From Lama glama (lineage: Eukaryota): a stretch of DNA of 64,000 nt. Position 1 is the stretch's first letter; every line of letters begins with the position of its first letter. This document shows, piece after piece, positions 53,134-64,000 of the stretch. The stretch lies in assembly GCA_028534125.1 (NCBI GenBank), contig CM052817.1, positions 10,914,001-10,978,000 of the forward strand, written 5' to 3'. Position numbers and translations under genes: made by a program. The notes under the pieces were generated by a model that did no database searches, was not told the DNA's origin, and saw only the letters and a program-made list of their open reading frames with translations.

Positions 53134-53372
53134 CAGAGAACACAAACTTATGGTTACCAAGGGGGAAGGGAGGTGGGGAGAGATAAATTGGGAGTTCAGG
53201 ATTTGTAGGTACTAAGTACTATATATATAATAAAAAAACAAGGTCCTATTGTATAGCACAGGGAATTATATTCAATACCTTGTAATGGCCTATACTGAAA
53301 AAGAATATGAAAAAGAATATATGTGTGTGTATACATAGAGAGAGAGAACTTAAAAATGAAAAAAGATTAAAA
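53134..53372 (+). mobile_element. Short young L1 3'UTR fragment
   Basis: 'cacaaacttatggttaccaagggggaagg...gtatagcacagggaattatattcaatacc'; TSD aataagtgtcttggc (53119-53133) / aataatgtgtcttggc (53373-53388). Confidence 0.85.
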
Positions 53373-54217
53373 AATAATGTGTCTTGGCTCAGTTTCAATG
53401 CCATCTTCCAAAAGAAGCCATCTCCCATCCCTCCGCCAGGATTAATCACCTTAAACTGCCAATGCACATTGCTTTTACCTCCAGTGAACAATTTCTTCTT
53501 TCTGGGTTTTTTTTTTTTCATTTGTTATTTATTTATCCATCTCCCTTAAGGACTAGAAGCTCTTTGACTCATGTCTGCATCCCTGATGGTACCCAACCAA
53601 ACACACTGAAGAGAGGATCATGAAGAGCGGTGGTGAGCAGGGGGGAAGGGATGGTCCAGAGCTCCCAGTGGAGGATGAGATGGGAGAGACACTAGACAGA
53701 GCCCAGCAAGGAGCTCTGGTTGGGCAGAGCTGCTGTGTCACAATATCCTGTATGTCCTGCATCAGGATGAAATTGGGGCTTTACTCTCCCATGTGAACCC
53801 TAATTAGCTGGGTGACTTTAATTAAGTTGGTTTCCCTCTCTGGGTTTCAGTATCCTTGCTTGTCAAATGAATAAAATGTGATAAATCTCAAGGGGCAACT
53901 CCAACCCTGAATTCCGTGAATCTATGTCCCACCTCCAGACACATCACCATCACCCCTAAGATTGCAGTGATCACAGTGTGATGTCACTGCCTGGCTCCTC
54001 CCTCAAACTTTGAGCTTCTCCAGAAGTACTGTGCACTGGGGATTGTGACTACTGCCTCCTTTGCCCTTGCCATCGGACCTAGCATTATTTTGCTGAATGA
54101 ATGAATGAATGACCTTAAAGAACAAGGAACTCTGGCAGCCCCAGAGCAGAAATCTGGGTGCAGATAGAATTTGTGTAGCAGCGACGTGAGTGGCTTCTGG
54201 TGAGAGTGGATGTGAAT

Positions 54218-54346
54218 AGGCTGCCCATATGTCCCAGTTCGCCGGGACAGTTTCAGTTTTCAACTGTTGTCCTGGTGTAATTATTATAATATCTCCTTTC
54301 AGTCTTACAAGTGTCCCCATTGGATGATAAATTAAATGCTCACCTT
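54218..54346 (-). mobile_element. hAT-Blackjack MITE (MER94-like)
   Basis: 'aggctgcccatatgtcccagttcgccgggacagt...gatgataaattaaatgctcacctt'. Confidence 0.7.
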
Positions 54347-54439
54347 GGAAATGAGGGAACCCATAGCCCTCAGTACAGACTATGTACCAGTTGCCTTGAC
54401 CAGCTCTTTCCATATATGTTCTTCGTCAGTCTACCTCAA

Positions 54440-54600
54440 AACCCTTAATGTGGATATCGATACCCCCATTTTACAGATAAAGACACTGAGGCTCAGAAAG
54501 CTTATATAAATGGCTGAAAACCCTAGAGCCACTACTAAGCAGAGGCTAGATTCCCATCCTGGACTGCCTGGATTCTAAATCCTGCTCTCTGTTCTGCCGC
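54440..54600. mobile_element. MIR fragment
   Basis: 'cccccattttacagataaagacactgaggctcagaaag'. Confidence 0.65.
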
Positions 54601-55319
54601 ATAGTCGGATCAGAGGGGCAGTGAGGAATGGAAAGGGTCATGGTTCTCTAGACTCAGGGTAAGATTTCTTCCCCTCTCATCTCTCTTGTTACATCAACTC
54701 CTAATTTTTCTTTGCTGGGTCCTGTTCACTCTCCAAATCCAAGGACAGCCATAGTTTCCATTTTGGTGGGGTAGGCACATCTCTCCCCTTTCTATCACTC
54801 TTCCTCTACCTCCACCTCCAGAAACAAAGTCTGTAAGAGGGAATTTGCTTGTAACTTAGAAGGAAGGAACCACATACTCCTTGAGCATAACTAGTCTGGA
54901 GTCGGTCTTCACAGCGCAAGAGAGGATGTGTCCACAGCTGACCCAGAGACAGCCCAGCCCCCGGGCTTCTCCCCAGACACTGCTGTGATGGAGAAGGATG
55001 TGGGCTTTTTGAGTCTTCTTGCTTCGTTTGAGTCCTGATCAGCCCCCTCCAACTATTTGATGTTGAGCTAATTATGTAACCCCTCATAGCCTCAGTTTCT
55101 TCATCTATAACAACCGATTGTCACCAGTTGTCACAAGAAGAGCAGCCGCTGTTTGGGAGGGACAGGGCAGGCTAGAGCTTAGGGTCTTAAGACCTCATCT
55201 CTCCATAAACTAGATCCTCTGGGCACCCTCTTTCAGCTTTCTATCCTCCGACGCATCCTCTGGACAGAACCAGAGGACCGAACACCAAAGCCCCCACTCC
55301 GTTCTCTGCACGCCCACCA

Positions 55320-55995
55320 CTCAGTGCCACCCTCTCAGTCTGAGTTCACTGCAATGGTTTCTGCTTCGCCCTTTCCCCTTCCCTCCACCAATTTATTCTC
55401 CACTCTGATTCCAGATGGATTTCTTTTAAAGTGCAAATCTATTCATATCACTTGACTACTTAAAATTCTTCTGTCGTTTCCTCTTGCCCTCAGAATCAGT
55501 TCAAACTCCTTGGAGAGAATTACATGGCGGGGGCGTAGCGCTGCCCTCACCCCACCACTTCCTGCTCTCCAGCCGCACTGAACATCTCTGGGTTCCATTA
55601 GGGGACCACTCTCGCTCTTGCCTCAGGATTCTCACTATGTTTTTCTCTGATCCTCAAGGCCCTTCTCTCTTGCCCATCCTCCACCCCACTCACTCTGCAG
55701 CTATTTAACTCTTTCATGTCATTTAAGTCTCAGCCTGAGCCTTACTTTAAAAGATGAGCCTGTACTCACCCAGTCACCCCTTACAGGTATCCAAGCCCCT
55801 TGCATTTCTACCCTCATAAAATTCAGTCCACTCGGAATGATTGATTCAAGGGCTCTCTACAGTACCAGACTGGAAACCCCCCAGGAGGAGGGACCACATC
55901 TGACTTGCATCCCCGCTATATCCCTGCACAACGGGGAACTGTAGGCAAGACCAAAATTCCACATATGCACCAACTCACTCATCACTCATTCATCA
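55320..55995 (+). mobile_element. L2 3' region
   Basis: 'ttttaaagtgcaaatctattcatatcacttgactacttaaaattctt...ttgccctcagaat'. Confidence 0.6.
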
Positions 55996-56631
55996 GTTCT
56001 TTCCATTGTGGTAGAGTGGGCATTTCTCTCCTCTTTCTGTCACCTTTTCTCTGCTACCCTCAGCGACTAAGTTTGTGAGAGAGGACTGTGCCTTCTGCTC
56101 AGAGTAGAGACTCACAAATTCTTTAGGTGAACTGCACAGCATGAGTTGACCCTCACAGCACAAGAGGTGACATGTTAGAGGCCCTCTGCCCTGAATCCAA
56201 GCCTGAGTGAGGACCTCTTCCCTTTCCCTTCCAATGGCAGGATATGGACCCCTCACCCTGCCCCCAACCCCTTCCCAGCAGTGGGACCAGGTGAAGCAAG
56301 GAGGGACTAACAATCCAAATTTAAGGCAAGACACTGGGAGAAGGTGGAAGCTTAAAGAAAGAAGAAACAGGATGAAAATGGCCAAGAGGGTGTGTGGGAG
56401 AAGAGGGGAGAAAAAGGAAGACTTTCTGGATGGGTTCAGAGAGACCAAGACTAAATCTTCCCAACTTTAACTGGACTATTGAAGCCATTGGAACCCCTAC
56501 CATCCTGTGGATTCTGGACCATTTGGAATATATGTATCTCTTCAGCCTGCAGTAAAGGACTGATTAAACATTTGCCAAAATTCCCTGGATTATTCTTGTA
56601 AATGGATGATTTTTCTGTGTGCGATCCTCCT

Positions 56632-57100
56632 TTGGCAAACACTTTTGGCTATCCACCAGAACCCATCTCTTCCCTCTTCTGTAGGAATGGGGTTTAAGCA
56701 GCGGTATTGCCAGGCTATGACTGCATTTCCAGGCTCCTGTACAGCTGGCTACGTCTACTGAGTGTATGATTAACTTTGGACCAATGGGATGCCAATAGCA
56801 ACTCTGCACCATCTCCAAGCCACTTGCCTTGCAGTTCCTCTATTTCCCTTCCCATGAGTTGCATCACAGAGGGGCCGTGCAGATGAGGACAAAGCCCTAA
56901 GGAATGCAGAGCAATAACAATAAAAAGAAAGGACCAGGGTCCTCAAATGGTCACACAAAGCAGAGCTGGTCCCCAGCCTCTACTGCTCACCCTGGGGACG
57001 TTCCATGAGAGGACAGTAAACTTGTCTTCCTTATGTCATTGTATCTGGGGGGATCATATTCTTGGTTACAGCTGGTTAGCCTTTACCCTAATTAATAGAG
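56632..57100 (+). mobile_element. MaLR LTR (MLT1I/J-like)
   Basis: Ends 'ttggttacagctggttagcctttaccctaattaata'; internal 'ctttggaccaatgggatg'. Confidence 0.6.
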
Positions 57101-58362
57101 TTTGGGGGTGTTTTTTTCCCATGTCAAATGTACAGTGCTAGGTTTGCAGTGGTTAGCTTTGAGAAACAACAGAGAGCTTTCAGAATATGTGTTGTCACTT
57201 AATACCACATGCAATTCTAACAGTGTTCCCTCGGGACTCACTGAACCAGGCAAAGTCATGCACATTGAGTATCAGGCACATTGGTTGGAGATGCATTTTG
57301 AGGTTCCTAGAAAAATATCCCCATATGCAAACCTTGTATCTGAATATGTTGTAGCACAGTTGATAGGCAATAACATTCAAGGTTCAACTCAAATTCTGCC
57401 TCCCTCAGACAGTCTTCCCTGAACTCTCCCTACGGCTCTAATCAGTCTCTCTTTGCTCAGCCCTCCCCTGCCATTGATCTCTCTAAGTATCTTCAACCTA
57501 CCTAGAGTAGTATCCGGGTACCACTTTTCTCCTCCGCTGGGTTGTGAACTGCTACATTTTTACTTTGTCTCATTACTCTACTTATTGAGGTTCTATTGTG
57601 TGCCAGGTACTGTGCTACGTGTTAGGGATAAAGAAGTGAATGAGACACACACCTGTCCTCAGAGTCTGGAAGAGGGAGTGAGATACACAGGCCAGAAATG
57701 ACAACACGAGGACATAGAAGACAAAGAACAACTAATTCCCTGGGGGAGATTTAGAAGTCTTCCTGGAAGATGGGTTATTTGATTAGTTTGCAAAATCTCA
57801 TCCAAACACCTATCACAGTTACCTGTATGTTAACCAATCAGTTAAGTTATTAATAAAATGACATTAACACAACATATTTATGTGTATTATTCCAGTTGAT
57901 CCACGCAATCAGCTCTGAAAGATGGGTGCTAACATGACTCTGTTTTTATAGATGAAAAAATTGAGCTTTGCAAGGTTTGGCCCTCTCAAGATCACTAAAT
58001 GAGTGAATGGATTTCAGTGAAACACTTTGGATTTAAAACTATATGATTTTCCTATCCCTGCTCCCTCTTGGCCTAGCATCTTGGAGATTGGCCGTTCATG
58101 TCAGTGGTTTGTCTGGCTTTGGTTTATCATCTCCCTGAAATGCTGGCTTCCACCTCCACCCCTACGCTCCATACAGTACAATTTCAGGAGAAAGATGCCT
58201 TTTGTCTGCCCCCCATGCCAATGACTGACCTAAATTCCCGTAATATCAGCACCTTGGAGCTTGGATAATTGAGAGAGGGGATCCAAAAAACTAATGACCC
58301 CCACCCCCCAATTAAGCTGTTATGGATTCAAATTTCCCAGAGCAATTCTTCCCAGAATCTAC

Positions 58363-58452
58363 TTATTTTTGTGGGGGAGGTAATTAGGGGATTGAATCCA
58401 GGACCTCCTGCACGCTAAACATGTGCTCTACCACTTGAGCTATACGCTCCCC
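58363..58452 (-). mobile_element. Camelid tRNA-derived SINE, internally shortened
   Basis: Antisense 'ggggagcgtatagctcaagtggtagagcacatgtttagcgtgcaggaggtcctggattcaatcccc'; TSD core cccagaatctac (58351-58362 / 58458-58469). Confidence 0.88.
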
Positions 58453-59049
58453 TTCTCCCCAGAATCTACCTTATTAGAATGATGAAAGCATTGTTGAAAG
58501 TGGTGTTAAAAATGCAAGAACTAAAACTACATATGAACCAAGAATAGACGAACCTATAGGAAGCCAGATACATTCCAAGGACAGTGTGCTTACCTAATCA
58601 AAAGGCAATGAAGAGTGGCTATAATTCAGAACAAGTAAGCAGCCATAGGACCACTAACCACGTTAAGGGGGAGGGCATCTCAAGCTAAGGTGATACACGG
58701 TATTTCGCTAGTTAAAAGAAAAGCGAAGCATGTTGCATACTTGGAATTTACCATTTGATTACAAATATGTTTTTTTAAAGTATGCATAAAAATAAACATT
58801 TCTCAGATTTCATCAAGATGTTGACATCTTAAAAAATGGACACTTTTCTGTTTCTTGAAATTTTTTATGTATGTGTTTTATTTTTACCCAGAGTGAGAGG
58901 GTGGAGAGAGACAGACAAAGAGGTATTTAAGTATCCTGGGCAACATTAAAGAGTAAGGGATGGAGCAAGAAGTGTATAAACCAGATAAAGAGCAGAAGAA
59001 TGTCATCAGAAAAGAAAGGCTTAATCTTTGTGCCAAGACGAAGTCTGTC

Positions 59050-59321
59050 TGGTGAATCCTACAGAGGCCTTCTCAGAATAATGTTCTTAAACACATAAAA
59101 TAAAATACATAAGCTTACAAAAGAAACCAATGATAGTAAAATACAGTTATCAAAACATACAAAATCACAAATTTGAGATTAAATAATGTATATGCTTCTT
59201 TACTGAAACCTTAAATAATAAATAGTAGGCTTAAGTGAAGTGGTAAAGAAGCAAAAATGATATTTCAGGATACCTGCCACAATGGTAACAGAATATGAAA
59301 GTATTTCTAATGACAAAGTCA
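59050..59321. mobile_element. Old DNA transposon-like fragment (hAT-type, family uncertain)
   Basis: 'ttctcagaataatgttcttaaacacataaaataaaatacataagcttacaaaagaaaccaat...aaatacagttatcaaaa' recalls an old hAT repeat; cut off by the L1 at 59322. Confidence 0.4.
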
Positions 59322-60565
59322 ACAATGGAGTAAAAACTGTCTCTCCAGCAAGAATGTTGGGAAAACTGGACAGCTGCATGTAAATCAATGAAGTTAGAAC
59401 ACTCCCTCACATCATACACAAAAATAAACTCAAAATGGCTTAAAGACTTAAACATAAGACAAGACACTTTAAACCTCTTAAAAGAAAACATAGGCAAAAC
59501 ATTCTCTGACATAAATCTTAGCAATGTTCTCCTAGGGCAGTCTACCCAGGCAAAAGAAATAAAAGCAAAAATTAACAAACGGGACCTAATTAAACTCACA
59601 ATTTTTTGCACAGCAAAGGAAACCATAAGAAAAACAAAAAGACAACCTATGGAATGAGAAAAAATATTTGCAAAAGATGAGGCAGACAAAGGCTTAATTT
59701 CCAGAATATGGAAATAGCTCATACAGCTTAATAAGAAAAAAAAAAAAACCTAATCCAAAAATGGGCAGAAGACCTAAACAAGCAATTTCCAATGAAGACA
59801 TACAAATGACCAATGGGCACATGAAAAAATGCTCAGTATTGCTAATTATCAGAGAAATGAAAATCAAAACAACAATGAGGCATCACCTCACATCAGTCAG
59901 AATGGCCGTTATTCAAAAGTCCACAAACGATGAATGCTGGAAAGGGTGTGGAGGAAAGGGAACCCTCCTACACTGTTGGTGGGAATGTAGTTTGGTGCAG
60001 CAAGTATGGAAAACAGTATGGAGATTCCTCAAAAGACAAAAAGAGACTTAAACTATATGATCCAGCAATCTCAATCCTAGGCATATATCCAGAGGGAACC
60101 TTAATCCAAAAAGACACATGCACTATTTACAATAGCCAAGACATGGAAACAACCTAAATGTCCATCGACAGATGACTGGATAAAGAAGTTGCCGATATTT
60201 ATATAATGGAATACTACTCAACCATAAAAAGAAAAATATCACCATTTGCAGCAATGTGGATGGACCTGGAGATCATCATGCTAAGTGAAGTAAGCCAGAA
60301 AGAGAAAAACATATACGATATGATATCACTTACATGTGGAATGTAAAAAAAAAAAAAGACACAAACGAAATTGTTTACAAAACAGAAACAGACACACAGA
60401 CATAGAAAACAAACTTATGGTTATTGGGGAGGAAGGAAAGGGAGGGATAAATTGGGATTTCAGAATTTGCAGACATTAACTACTATATATAAAATAGATG
60501 AACAACAAGATCCTATTGTATAGCGTGGGGAACTATATTCAATAGCTTGTAATAACCTATAAGGA

Positions 60566-61345
60566 TTGGTGCAGCCACTGTGGAAAACAGTGTGGAGATT
60601 CCTCAAAAGACTAGGAATAGACTTACCATATGACCCAGGAATCCCACTCCTGGGCTTGTATCCAGAAGGAAATCTACTTCAGGATGACACCTGCACCCCA
60701 NNNNNNNNNNNNNNNNNNNNNNNNNNNNNNNNNNNNNNNNNNNNNNNNNNNNNNNNNNNNNNNNNNNNNNNNNNNNNNNNNNNNNNNNNNNNNNNNNNNN
60801 NNNNNNNNNNNNNNNNNNNNNNNNNNNNNNNNNNNNNNNNNNNNNNNNNNNNNNNNNNNNNNNNNNNNNNNNNNNNNNNNNNNNNNNNNNNNNNNNNNNN
60901 NNNNNNNNNNNNNNNNNNNNNNNNNNNNNNNNNNNNNNNNNNNNNNNNNNNNNNNNNNNNNNNNNNNNNNNNNNNNNNNNNNNNNNNNNNNNNNNNNNNN
61001 NNNNNNNNNNNNNNNNNNNNNNNNNNNNNNNNNNNNNNNNNNNNNNNNNNNNNNNNNNNNNNNNNNNNNNNNNNNNNNNNNNNNNNNNNNNNNNNNNNNN
61101 NNNNNNNNNNNNNNNNNNNNNNNNNNNNNNNNNNNNNNNNNNNNNNNNNNNNNNNNNNNNNNNNNNNNNNNNNNNNNNNNNNNNNNNNNNNNNNNNNNNN
61201 ACACAAAATTTTATGATAAATCACAGAGAAAAAAATGTGACAATGAGTGTGTATATGTCCATGAATGACTGAAAAATTGTGCTGAACACTGGAATTTGAC
61301 ACAACATTGTAAAGTGATTATAAATCAATAAAAAATGTTAAAAAA
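60566..61345 (+). mobile_element. Younger L1 nested in the 3'UTR of the host L1
   Basis: Starts [13 protein letters not shown]...; 3' end like the 12451 copy; 12-bp TSD aacctataagga (60554-60565) / aacctacaagga (61346-61357). Confidence 0.88.
60701..61200. other. Assembly gap (500 N)
   Basis: Run of N. Confidence 0.99.
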
Positions 61346-63513
61346 AACCTACAAGGAAAAAGAATATGAAAAGGAATATATATGTGTATATAACTGAATC
61401 ACTGAAGAAACAGTGATTCAACAGAATCCACACAACAGAAACTAACACAACATTGTAAACCGACTACATGTCAGTAAAAAAAATAAATAAGTGAATAAGA
61501 AGTTCCAAGTTTATAGGTGTTTTTCAGACCCTGAGTGTCTGTGAGTTCAGAGGTAGAGACATCAAGCAGCTGCCTGGTACACAGAGTCAGGACAGACAGC
61601 GTGAGGCAACTGCCCCCCACCAACCCGGGCGGGAGGGGCCAGCAAGTCTGCGGTACAGGACAGGGAAGAAGGAAGGAGGCCAGGGCCCTTACATTCTGAG
61701 AAGTGGATGAGGAACAGGGCAGGTGATGAAAGGTTTGAGGAGACTATCCTGTCTTGCCTTTTGTTGTTGCTGTTTTTTGCTTCCTTTACATTTGTACCTG
61801 ACTGCTTCCCTGTTACATTCTCCAGGAGATGCTTTGGGTGGAGAAGAAAGACCCCTCAAATTCCAGACGACTTTACTGAGCATTGACCCTCTACCCAGCA
61901 CTGAGCCACCAAAGAGTATGGGAGCTTGTCCTCATCCCCAGAGAGCTCTGCTCGTGCAGCAGAAAGTCACACATGCAGCTGGCTTTACAACAGAATGAGT
62001 TGTGCCTCTCTGCATGGATTCTGGATTCTCTGCTATTTGGGCATCTACCCTGAGTTGTATTAAGATATTTAAATGAGACCGTCTTGTGAAATGTCTTCAA
62101 TCTGAAAGCAAATGTTAAAATTGTGGGGTCAGAGAAAGCCAAAGGCCCAAGAAATGAAATCAAAAAAAAAAAACCATTTAAAAATAACAAACAAAGCAAT
62201 TGGTTATGGAGGATTATGAAGACAAATGGAATCTCTTTATCTCATTGTTTTATTTATTTACTTATTTACATGGCCATCTTGGTGCAAGGCAGGCTCTGAG
62301 GGAGAATCTATGCCTCTGTAGGTGAACCTAGCACAGGAAATGGACAGAGTAGGGGGCTCAACAGTATTTGCTGAATCCAAATTGATTTTCCTAAGAGCGA
62401 ATGCCTCTTGCTCTTCCCCAGCTCTAAAGCATCCTGCATTTTTGAGCCCAAGATGCAGGCTTAGCTTGAGGCTACAGAGAGAACAAGGTCAGGGTTAATT
62501 AGGAACAGGCAAAATTCCCACAGTGACAGGAGTCAGGACTTTTGAGGACAAGCCCCTAGTGGTCATTACTCCAACGTCCTTATTCCATGGAAGAGGGAAC
62601 AGGAGCCCCTGGGAAAGCACAGGGACTCTCCCACTGGCTTGGAGGGAGGAGGGAAGAATTTAATCAGTAAAGTCATCCAGGTTTCTTTGGGAACTTTAGA
62701 TCCATTTCAAAGTGTAGAATGTTTACCTGGATTTTAAGATAAGAGCAAATCAGGGTACAGCACCGTGAGTCCTCTCTCCCAGGTCTGCATTTCCTTCTCC
62801 CGCTGGTTTGGTAGCAAAAGAGCACATGAGACAGTGACAATAATAACCACTTGGGCAATTAGCAGGGAGCTTCCCCCTGGAAGGGGCTGGGGAACAGACT
62901 GCAGAGACGCAGATCCTACCCAGCCAAGGTTACTTGCTGAATCAATAGTATCACTAGCAGGAGTCCCTGGAAGGAAGCTGCCCGCTGCAGAGCTGGCATT
63001 TCATCTGTCTCAGAGGGCCCCAGGTGCGCTTGTAAAGAAGTCAGATCCAAAGAGCAAAGGACCAGAAAAAGAGGGGGCTCGCCCAGCCCAAGCGAGGGGG
63101 AGGGTGAAGCCAAGGAGCAAACTCTGCTGGTAGGAGTCCCAGCAGCAGCCAGGCTGGGCGAGGGGACGGTCAGGGCTGTCACCCAAAGGAAGACTCAGAC
63201 CCTGCCACCAGCAGCACCTGCGAACACCAGGTCTGACCCTAGAAGAGCGACGGCTGTCAGGTGTTGTGCCCCCCAGTGCTGTGGGAAAAGGGGGAGACAG
63301 CAGTCTTGGGGGTGTGGGGCCGGTGCTGGGGCAGCTCTTCCCTGAAGGGGTCTAATAGCCCACAGGCAGGCTGAGGCTGCGGTAAGCTGTGGCCCGGGCT
63401 AGGCAGTTTGGGCTTTCTCCGGAGGGCAATGGGGAGCCATGGTGGGTTCAAAACATGGGAGTCTGCTGGTTTGGTGTGACTTCTCCGGAGGTTGTATGGA
63501 CAGCAGGTTAGCA

Positions 63514-63660
63514 CACTGGGTCTCCAAGTGCAGTCAGTCCCCAACCAGCAGTATCATCAACACCTGAGAACCTGGGGGCATGCAAGTTCTCAGGCTCAGG
63601 GAATCAGAATCGGAGCAGGGGCTCAACAGCCTCTGTTTCAAGGAGTGTGGGAAGCACTGG
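63514..63660 (+). mobile_element. hAT-Charlie MITE (MER5A-like)
   Basis: 'cactgggtctccaagtgcagtc...accagcagtatcatcaacacctgagaac...atgcaagttctcagg...gaatcagaa'. Confidence 0.65.
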
Positions 63661-64000
63661 GGCCGGGGCATCCATTAGGTACTGCTGCAAGGACCCTAGA
63701 GGGTGCTGACGGGAACTGAAGGTGGTGGCGGTGGTCCCTGAAAAGGGAGGGGGTGAGTAGCATTAGGAGGTCCCGGTGACACAGGGAGAGAGGGCAGAGG
63801 CGGCACAGGGAAATTCACAGGCTCCTTGTTCCTAGCTGGTTGCAAGGAGGCACCATCTGCTGGAGGTAGGGAAAAAGGAGACGCGGGTTTGCATAAGAGG
63901 GTCCCCATTCCTTCCTTCCCTCCTCCATCTTCCCAGGCCCTCGTTCAGTTTCACCCCTGAGCAGTTCCAGGAGGAGTGTAAAGCCCAGTGTCCTAGCATG

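Larger units (their letters stand above)
59322..61495 (+). mobile_element. Young 5'-truncated L1 (host of a nested L1)
   Basis: ORF 59388-59657 [24 protein letters not shown]... is L1 ORF2; 3'UTR broken at 60565 and resuming at 61346, ending in an A-rich tail. Confidence 0.93.

Noticed and set aside
60566..61302. Longest ORFs in the track (176-216 aa)
   Set aside because: Artefacts of translating a 500-N gap within an L1
62700..64000. GC-rich end of the window as a possible CpG island or promoter
   Set aside because: GC rises but CpG remains sparse; it contains a MER5A-like repeat and no recognisable exon
1..64000. Prokaryotic-type systems (operons, CRISPR arrays, rRNA)
   Set aside because: The sequence is clearly mammalian repeat-rich DNA; I saw no regularly spaced repeat-spacer array and no long intact ORFs

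Overview
Repeat-rich mammalian intronic or intergenic DNA. It is most likely camelid (alpaca/camel), judging from three tRNA-derived SINEs resembling the camelid Vic-1 type and the young L1 3' ends. I cannot support any intact protein-coding gene; the ORF track consists of L1-derived, N-gap-spanning or random short ORFs. The window holds a layered record of transposable elements: L1 copies of several ages (some with target-site duplications, TSDs, and nesting), L2, MIR, CR1/L3, MaLR/ERVL LTRs, and hAT and Tigger DNA transposons. There are two assembly gaps (13140-13239, 60701-61200). The most notable signal is missed by the ORF track: a decayed but nearly complete, colinear pogo/Tigger transposase fossil on the minus strand (~40950-42720). 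Its 5' part resembles the short Tigger13a element as I recall it, but it continues through the DDE domain and is split by a hAT-Charlie insertion. Secondary signals are an in-frame ancient CR1 fragment flanked by splice-like sites (39696-39828), a candidate minus-strand exon (4245-4327) and several speculative regulatory or conserved non-coding segments. Repeat family names come from my recall of consensus sequences and need RepeatMasker/Dfam confirmation; coordinates of old repeats are approximate.
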